A stretch of DNA of 64,000 nt from Candidatus Krumholzibacteriia bacterium. GTDB taxonomy: Bacteria; Krumholzibacteriota; Krumholzibacteriia; JAJRXK01. The position numbers and the translations under genes were made by a program. The DNA lies in assembly GCA_041484665.1 (NCBI GenBank), contig JBGPIA010000010.1, forward strand, positions 96,001 through 160,000, given 5' to 3'. Under the pieces are notes generated by a model. The model made no database searches and had not been told where the DNA came from. It saw only the letters and a program-made list of their open reading frames with translations. This document shows positions 57,619 through 64,000 of this stretch, piece by piece (positions within the stretch are counted from its first letter, which is position 1; each line of letters begins with the position of its first letter).

Positions 57619-59385
57619 TCACACGGCGGGCCGGCGCCGGTTCCAATCGGTTGCCTGCTGATAGGCCCATGCCACGGCGGCCGCCTCCCCTTCGCCGTAG
57701 AGCTTGCCGATCACCGTCATGCTCGTGGGAGTCCCGTCCTCGCGGAAACCGTTGGGGAGCACGATCGCCGGATGCCCCGTGAGGTTCGTGGCGCGCAGCG
57801 TAGGGCCGGCGAACGCCGGACAGACGTAGGCGTCCAGCCCCGCCACCGCTTGAGCGAAACGGCGGATCAGCAGGGTGCGCGCGCGCTGCGCCTGGACGTA
57901 CTGCACGGCGGGCACCAGCTGCGCGGCCCTGAAGATGTTCGGCCAGGCCTGCTCGACCTGCCGCACCAGCTCGTCGTCGTGGTTGGTGCGCGTCAGCTCG
58001 TCGAAGGCGGCGGCGGCCTCCACCTCGAGCACGACCAGCATCTCGCCCACGGGCAGGTCCGGTAGCTCGATGGGCGTGAGCTCGAAGCCCAGCTGCTTGA
58101 GCACCTCGACCGCTTGCACGTCGATGGCGCGCTCCTTGTCCTGCTCCTTGCGCTCGCGCTCGAAGTCCGCGTGCGCGATTCCGACCTTCAGTGCGCGCGC
58201 GCCGCGCGGGTCGTGCCAGGACAGCGGCGCCGTCACCGCGTCGGGATCGACGCCGTCGGCGCCATGGATGGCGTGCAGCACGATCGCTGCGTCCTGCGCG
58301 CTGCGCGCGATCGCGCCCACTTTGTCCATCGTCCAGCTCAAGGCCATGCCGCCCGTGCGCGGCACGCGGCCAAAGGTGGGACGGAGCCCCGTGGCGCCGC
58401 AGCGTGAGCACGGCGAGACGATCGACCCCAGGGTCTCCGTACCGATGGCGAAGGGAAGGCCGCCCGCGGCCACCGCCGACGATGACCCCGCCGACGAACC
58501 GCTGGAACCCTGGTCGAGCTTCCACGGGTTCTTGGTCGTCCCGCCGAACCAGACGTCGCCCCACGCCAGCTCGCCCACGGCCGTCTTGGCGATCAGCACG
58601 GCCCCAGCCGCGTCCAGACGTTGCACGACCGTGGCGTCCTGGTCGATGCGCTGCTCCTTGAACGGCACGCTGCCCCAGGTGGTGGGCATGCCGCGCACCG
58701 CGAACAGGTCCTTCAGCCCCCACGGGATCCCGTGCAGCGGCCCGCGCCACTTGCCCGCGCGCAGCTCTAGGTCGGCGCGCGCCGCCTGCTCCAGCGCGCG
58801 GTCGTCGGTGAAGGTGATGACGCATTGCAGCTTCTCGTCGAGGCGGCGCAGGCGCGCCAGGAACATCTTCGTGAGGTCGGTCGAAGAGACCTTGCGCTGG
58901 CGCAGCAGCGCCGCCAGCACGGTCACCGGAGCGAAGGCCAGGTCCTCCAGATTGGCGGGCGCGGCCTGGGTGGAGAAGCCGTCGGCGCCGGCGCGCGCGG
59001 GAGGTGCCACCATCCACGGCGGCAGCGGCTCGCGCCGGGGCGGGTCGCTGGACACCGGCACCGGCGGCGCGCTGCTGGGCAGCGACGATAGCGGCCGGAA
59101 GCTCGTCGCCGGCGGGATGTCATTGCCGAGCTTGAGGTCGCGGATCGCCTTGATGGCGGCGACGTGCTCGCCCACCGCCTTGCCCATCAGCTCGCGCTCG
59201 GCGCCGTCGAACGAGATGCCGGTGAGCTGCTCGGCACGGGCGATCACGTCCGCGGCCACCTTGAGTGGCTCGCTCTCCGGTTGCTGGGCGGTCAGGATCT
59301 CGGGCACCAATGTCGCGCCGGCGGCCAGCGCGGCGGCACGGGTCAGGAAATCACGACGGGACCAGGGGGCAGGCGGAGACGACAT
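57619..59385 (-). CDS. amidase-signature family enzyme, Tat-exported
   Basis: SRRDFL, GPLHGIPWGLKD, GSSGSSAGS, GTETLGSI. Confidence 0.93.
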   Translation of the reverse strand: MSSPPAPWSRRDFLTRAAALAAGATLVPEILTAQQPESEPLKVAADVIARAEQLTGISFDGAERELMGKAVGEHVAAIKAIRDLKLGNDIPPATSFRPLSSLPSSAPPVPVSSDPPRREPLPPWMVAPPARAGADGFSTQAAPANLEDLAFAPVTVLAALLRQRKVSSTDLTKMFLARLRRLDEKLQCVITFTDDRALEQAARADLELRAGKWRGPLHGIPWGLKDLFAVRGMPTTWGSVPFKEQRIDQDATVVQRLDAAGAVLIAKTAVGELAWGDVWFGGTTKNPWKLDQGSSGSSAGSSSAVAAGGLPFAIGTETLGSIVSPCSRCGATGLRPTFGRVPRTGGMALSWTMDKVGAIARSAQDAAIVLHAIHGADGVDPDAVTAPLSWHDPRGARALKVGIAHADFERERKEQDKERAIDVQAVEVLKQLGFELTPIELPDLPVGEMLVVLEVEAAAAFDELTRTNHDDELVRQVEQAWPNIFRAAQLVPAVQYVQAQRARTLLIRRFAQAVAGLDAYVCPAFAGPTLRATNLTGHPAIVLPNGFREDGTPTSMTVIGKLYGEGEAAAVAWAYQQATDWNRRRPAV

Positions 59386-59620
59386 CTGGAGCACCTCGCG
59401 GCACGCGGGGGAGGGGCGGAATCCGGCGGCCGCAAGCATAGCGAGCGGCGCCCCGCTTGTCCTGCTCGCATCCATGGTGGACACTCGGGCGGTCGGACTC
59501 AGGCGCGGACGGACACCCATTAGGGATGGGCTCTTGCGCGCCTGGACGTCCGCGGGGATGGACACCCGCACGGATGGACGCCGGCGCGGCTGGATGTCCG
59601 CGCGCGCTCGGGAGAATGCC

Positions 59621-60514
59621 ATGGCCAAAGAACAGCGCTGGATCGGCGAGGCGGGAGCGGTTCCGTTGATGACCACGACGCTTTGGGACTTCCCGTCACA
59701 GAACTACAAGGGGGGCCAGGGCGGCGGCAAGCAGGGCGACCCGAACTTCGCGGGAGCCACGCCGAGCTTCGTGATCTGGAACCTGCTCCAGCGCTACACG
59801 CAGCCGAAGGACCTGGTGATCGACCCCATGGCGGGCAGCGGGACCACGCTCGACGTCGCCCGTGATCTCGACCGGCGCGCGCTGGGCTACGATCTCGCTC
59901 CGGGACGCCCCGACATCTTCCGTGTAGATGCGCGCAAGCTTCCGCTGGAGAGCGAAAAGGCCGACTTCGTGTTCCTCGACCCGCCCTACTCCGCGCATCT
60001 CACCTATTCGGGCCAGGAAGAGTGCATCGGAGAGCTGGACGCGCGCCAGAGTGACGACTATTTCCGGGCGATGGACCAGGTGCTGGCCGAGATCCACCGC
60101 ATCCTGCGCCCGGGACGTCACGTCGCGCTGTACGCCTGCGACAGCTTCAAGAAGGACCGTCCGTTCGTCCCGATCGGATTTCGGCTGTTCGACCTGTTGG
60201 CGCGCCGCTTCGCGCCCGTGGACATCGTGGCCGTGGTCCGGCACAGCCGCACGCTCAAGCGCCATCACTGGCACACCGCGGCCGCAGAGGGGAACTACTA
60301 CCTGCGCGGCTTCAACTATCTGCTCATCGGGCGCAAAGAAGGCCCCGCGCGGGCGGGCGAGCGAGCGCCGGCGCAGCGTGCGCCACGACCACCACGGCAA
60401 CCACGATCACCGCACGGCAAGCGTGGCGCGGCGGACGCCCGCGGCCCGGGTCACGCGGCGGGCGGCGCTGCGAGCGGCGGTGGGCGCCCGAAACGCCGCC
60501 GGAGGACTCCATGA
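59621..60514 (+). CDS. orphan N4-C/N6-A DNA (or RNA) methyltransferase
   Basis: DPMAGSGTT SAM motif followed by DPPY; basic C-terminal tail. Confidence 0.85.
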   Translation: MAKEQRWIGEAGAVPLMTTTLWDFPSQNYKGGQGGGKQGDPNFAGATPSFVIWNLLQRYTQPKDLVIDPMAGSGTTLDVARDLDRRALGYDLAPGRPDIFRVDARKLPLESEKADFVFLDPPYSAHLTYSGQEECIGELDARQSDDYFRAMDQVLAEIHRILRPGRHVALYACDSFKKDRPFVPIGFRLFDLLARRFAPVDIVAVVRHSRTLKRHHWHTAAAEGNYYLRGFNYLLIGRKEGPARAGERAPAQRAPRPPRQPRSPHGKRGAADARGPGHAAGGAASGGGRPKRRRRTP

Positions 60515-61074
60515 CACTGCAACCTTGGGTACGCCGCGAGGAGCGGATCATCGCCGACACGTCCATCTTCCAGGTGCGCAGCGTGCTGGCCCGCTCGCCC
60601 CGCACGGGCGAGGACCGCTGGCTGTCGGTGGTCACGACCGGTGACTGGATCAACGTGATCGCGCTGACGGACGACGGACACGTGGTGCTCGTGCGCCAGT
60701 TCCGCCACGGCACCCGCGAGTTCACCCTCGAGATCCCGGGCGGGCTGATCGACCCGGGGGAGACTCCCGCACAAGCCGGCGCCCGCGAGCTGCGGGAGGA
60801 ATCCGGCTACGCGGGTGGGGAGCCGGTGTCGTTGGGTGTGGTGAACCCCAACCCCGCCTTCATCAACAACCGCTGCCACACGGTGCTGATCGAGGGGTGC
60901 CGCCGGGTCGGCGACCCCCAACCGGACGGCGGCGAGGACATCGAAACCGAGCTGCGGCCGCTGTCGACCATCCCGCAGGCGATCGCGTCCGGGGAGATCG
61001 ACCACGCGCTGGTCATCTGCGCCTTCTGGTGGCTCGCCCAGGCGAGGCCCGGGCGATTCGTTGCCGCGCCGTAA
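60511..61074 (+). CDS. NUDIX hydrolase (ADP-ribose pyrophosphatase-like)
   Basis: PGGLIDPGETPAQAGARELREESG; ATGA overlap. Confidence 0.93.
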   Translation: MTLQPWVRREERIIADTSIFQVRSVLARSPRTGEDRWLSVVTTGDWINVIALTDDGHVVLVRQFRHGTREFTLEIPGGLIDPGETPAQAGARELREESGYAGGEPVSLGVVNPNPAFINNRCHTVLIEGCRRVGDPQPDGGEDIETELRPLSTIPQAIASGEIDHALVICAFWWLAQARPGRFVAAP

Positions 61075-61120
61075 CCTGCAGGCGAGTTCCTGCGTCCTGT
61101 GCTTTGAGGAGGGATCGACC

Positions 61121-62047
61121 ATGACGCGATGCGCTGCGGGGCCCCGGGCCCTCATACTATTATCGGTTGCACTGTTGCTGCTGGCGGCCCTGCCCGCGGC
61201 GGCCCGGGTGGAGAAGACGATGGCGCTGACGCCCGGCGGGACCTTCGTGCTGGACGCCGAGGGCAGCAAGATCGTCGTGACCGGCTCCGACCGGACCGAC
61301 ATCCATATGGTGATGGACGGCAAGAACGAGCGGACGGAGGCGCGATTCGACCTCCAGATCCGCGAGGAGCCGGGCCGCGTGGAGGTGCGCTGTCATCGCA
61401 AGCACGCCGAGTTCTTGTCGTGGATCAACTTCAGCATGGCGCCTGACCTCACATTCGAGGTCGAGGTGCCACGCCAGGTCGCCCTGGACCTGCGCACAGC
61501 TGGCTCGTCGATCACGGTGGAGTCCATCCAGGGTCATGTCCGTCTGCGCAGCGCTGGCGGATCGCTCGATGCCCGCGCGGTCGAGGGGGATGTGGACGCC
61601 CACACAAGCGGGGGCTCGATCAAGTTGGAGAAGGTGACGGGATCGGTCAGCGCCGAGACCTCCGGCGGCGGGATCCAGGCCCGGGAGGTCAGGGGCAAGC
61701 TGGATGCGCAATCCTCCGGCGGCGGGATCGAAATCGTGGACGCGGGCGGCCGGGTGCAGGCTGGGACGTCGGGAGGATCGGCGCGCGTCGCGTTCGCGGC
61801 AGGCAACTCCGAGGGCGGCGAGATCTCGGCGTCGGGCGGTGGGGTCCACGTCGAGCTGGATGCGGCGGCGGGCGTCGAGCTCGATGCGTCGGCGTCGGGC
61901 GGGTCGGTCAAGTGCGAGCTGCCCATCAGCATCGCCGGCAGCGCCTCAAGCACGCAGCTGCACGGGCGGATCGGCGCCGGGGGCCCAGCCCTGAAGCTGC
62001 GCGCATCCGGCGGAAGCGTGCGGGTCCAGGGGCGCGCGACCGGTTGA
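61121..62047 (+). CDS. DUF4097-type beta-strand repeat secreted protein
   Basis: Signal peptide; repeated TSGG/ASGG units. Confidence 0.88.
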   Translation: MTRCAAGPRALILLSVALLLLAALPAAARVEKTMALTPGGTFVLDAEGSKIVVTGSDRTDIHMVMDGKNERTEARFDLQIREEPGRVEVRCHRKHAEFLSWINFSMAPDLTFEVEVPRQVALDLRTAGSSITVESIQGHVRLRSAGGSLDARAVEGDVDAHTSGGSIKLEKVTGSVSAETSGGGIQAREVRGKLDAQSSGGGIEIVDAGGRVQAGTSGGSARVAFAAGNSEGGEISASGGGVHVELDAAAGVELDASASGGSVKCELPISIAGSASSTQLHGRIGAGGPALKLRASGGSVRVQGRATG

Positions 62048-62094
62048 GGGCCGCCAGCCCACCCACCCAGCGCGCGAGCGGCTCGCAGCGCGGT

Positions 62095-62139
62095 GCGTTC
62101 ACCAAAGGGTCACGAGTTGGAGTCCCACCCGGGGAGCCG
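62095..62139 (+). other. degenerate 3' half of a tRNA-Asn(GTT), possible att-site relic
   Basis: GCGTTCACCAAAGGGTCACGAGTTGGAGTCCCACCCGGGGAGCCG resembles ..GTTAACC...GGTC.....TTCGAGTCCCACCCGGGGAGCCA; no 5' half. Confidence 0.5.
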
Positions 62140-62838
62140 ACTGATCCGACCTCGGAAAGCGATGCCCCGCGGGTTGACGCAGACCCCGCTCTCGCATGGG
62201 AGCGGGGCGCGTATATGTGCTGGAATCCGCAGGGTTTGCCACGGCCGCCGGGGGACGTGGTCTCTGTTTCGAGGAGCGTTGCGGACGGGGTCCGAATGAA
62301 AACCTCGGAAACGAGTCGAAGCGTCTCATTCTCTAGGGTTCTGGCTTCGGGACGGCCGGGCGTTTGACACAGATTGAGCATCCGGGGGCCCGGGTGAGAC
62401 GGCGTTCGGAAATAGACGCGGCAGGGCAGGACCCGCCTCCTTTCATCTGCACCTCACCGGCGGTGGGTCCCTGAGAACGCTCGCGTGTGCGCGATGGAGT
62501 TGGCGATTTCCTGCGCCGTTCGGAGCTCGAAGGAGACGACGACACGTTCGAAGAACGGAAGCTGCGGCTCCCAGCGGCGGCGTTGCGATGCGACCAGCAC
62601 GATGCCCCCTTCCAGGCGGGGCTTGATCCGCCCGTCACACCGCGTCACACGCCGCATGATCGAGCGCCGATCGATTGCGAGCCCCTCGCCGACAGCCCAC
62701 TCCGACCATCCAAGAGCCCGCGAAGGCGCCGTGCGCGTCGGTGCGCGTTGACCCTCGCGGACACGACCCCGATCCACTACACTCCGACCAGGTCTCGCCC
62801 GCCAAGTCCGTTGCCCGTCTCGCCCAAATGGAGGTCCC

Positions 62839-64000
62839 ATGTCCACAACGCACCAGGCGCCCAAGTCTCGTCACTCGACCCGGCAACTGTGCCGCGGCCT
62901 TCGTACCATCTTCGTGGTCCTGTCCCTTCTGGCCCCTGCGGGGCGCGGAAACGCAGACTGCACCGACCACTCGATCTTGCCGTATAGGTGGTGCTCGTCA
63001 CTGGACATCCCGGTCTGGTGGGGAGACGGTCTTAGGTCGGCTTGCAATGGCAGCGGCAGTGAGGCGGTGGAATGCGAGCGCTGGCGAGCTGCGGTACGCG
63101 CTGTCATGCAGGAATTCAACCCCGGGGCGGTCATCGAGCTCGACACTGCCCCGTTCCTGTTCGAGGCAGGACTCTGGGATGGAATCACGAAGACGGGAAT
63201 CGTCGTCAGTCTCGACCATTTGGGACTGCAGGACTGCACCCCGGGCCAGGCATTCGACGAGCATATGGGACACATGCATCCCAACCTGTTTCCACCGACG
63301 GGCGCACCGCTCGGGTCCCTGCAATTCGCCGAAGTCGTTTTCAACCTTGACGCACCGTGGGATCTTCCCGCGTTCCATCGGACGACCGTGGCGCGACACG
63401 AGTTCATGCACGCCCTGGGAGTGGGCCATGCCACCGGCGGGAACTGTCTGATGAACCCCAGTTTAGCCTGCGGCGTGACGAAAACGATTGACGAGAGCGC
63501 GTGGGCAGGCTTGCGCTGCATGTACGGCGATCCGTTTGGTTCGTGCACCGGCTCGATTGCGATCGATGTCTTGAGCACCACGGGGTTTAACGTCGTTTTC
63601 GCCACCGGGATATGTGGCTGCAACTCGGGCGGTTGCCAGGTGCCCAAAGCGGCCCAGCCCGTCGCCCTCACCTACGAGTTTGCGCTCAGCGAGTCCGGTG
63701 GGCCCTACACCGTCTTCGCGTCAGTCGATGAGAGCAACCTCGTGAACCATGAGTACGCTCACGAGTTCACGCAATCCTACCAATCGGCGATGGTGCGGCT
63801 GCGCGCCCTGAACGGAACGTCGCTCGTGGGCGAGGCGTTCACCCTGTACCCGATCACCATCGGGGCCACCAGTACGGCGCTCCCACCCGCCGTGGCAACG
63901 CAACAGCCGTTGCGTCTGCTGAGCTCGCCGAATCCCTTCGCGAGCGAAACCGTCCTCTCGTTCGCGCTCACTATCGACCAGATGGTGGAAATCGTCGTCT
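62839..64000 (+). CDS. secreted metzincin (matrixin-like) metalloprotease with C-terminal PNPF sorting/FlgD-Ig-like domain, runs off the right edge
   Basis: Hand translation: ATG after GGAGG, open to 64000; HEFMHALGVGH at 63397-63429, Met-turn CLMNP, SPNPFASETVLSFAL; absent from the ORF track. Confidence 0.88.
   Translation, partial: MSTTHQAPKSRHSTRQLCRGLRTIFVVLSLLAPAGRGNADCTDHSILPYRWCSSLDIPVWWGDGLRSACNGSGSEAVECERWRAAVRAVMQEFNPGAVIELDTAPFLFEAGLWDGITKTGIVVSLDHLGLQDCTPGQAFDEHMGHMHPNLFPPTGAPLGSLQFAEVVFNLDAPWDLPAFHRTTVARHEFMHALGVGHATGGNCLMNPSLACGVTKTIDESAWAGLRCMYGDPFGSCTGSIAIDVLSTTGFNVVFATGICGCNSGGCQVPKAAQPVALTYEFALSESGGPYTVFASVDESNLVNHEYAHEFTQSYQSAMVRLRALNGTSLVGEAFTLYPITIGATSTALPPAVATQQPLRLLSSPNPFASETVLSFALTIDQMVEIVV

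Noticed and set aside
57875..60514. 879-aa apparent fusion ending in the methyltransferase
   Set aside because: The upstream part is antisense to the amidase; the real start is probably ATG 59621
62140..62830. Small ORFs in the right-hand intergenic region
   Set aside because: No RBS, codon bias or motif support

Overview
Very GC-rich (roughly 70% by eye) bacterial chromosomal region with about 50 CDS. No rRNA, intact tRNA, CRISPR array, integrase or transposase is visible. Secreted proteins with a dockerin/EF-hand-like tail and a 'PNPF' C-terminal sorting-type domain hint at an FCB-related candidate phylum such as Eisenbacteria or Krumholzibacteriota (inference only). Main modules: a 19-haem cytochrome c with a partner cytochrome b (split CbcL-like); an ornithine cyclodeaminase-family/PLP dehydratase pair; a YhaO/YhaN-like nuclease and SMC ATPase followed by a Ser/Thr kinase; IorAB-type molybdoenzyme genes; an arginine operon with argR and an ARG box; an MFS-ROK-GH92 sugar operon; a putative nucleotidyltransferase toxin-antitoxin pair; and an orphan methyltransferase. 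Best candidate for an undescribed system: the arg operon has no argA/argJ. Instead it carries a tightly overlapping DUF1611-like P-loop gene, and its ArgF' has Val at the acetyl/succinyl specificity position, suggesting a new type of N-acylglutamate synthase in a possibly succinylated arginine pathway. Other signals: a promoter-to-terminator structured ~135-nt RNA next to the nuclease-SMC genes, a 23-codon ORF bridging SMC and kinase, a ~120-bp palindromic element present twice, two internally deleted pseudogenes that share AGCATGCG at the junction, and a degenerate tRNA-Asn 3' half where base composition shifts.
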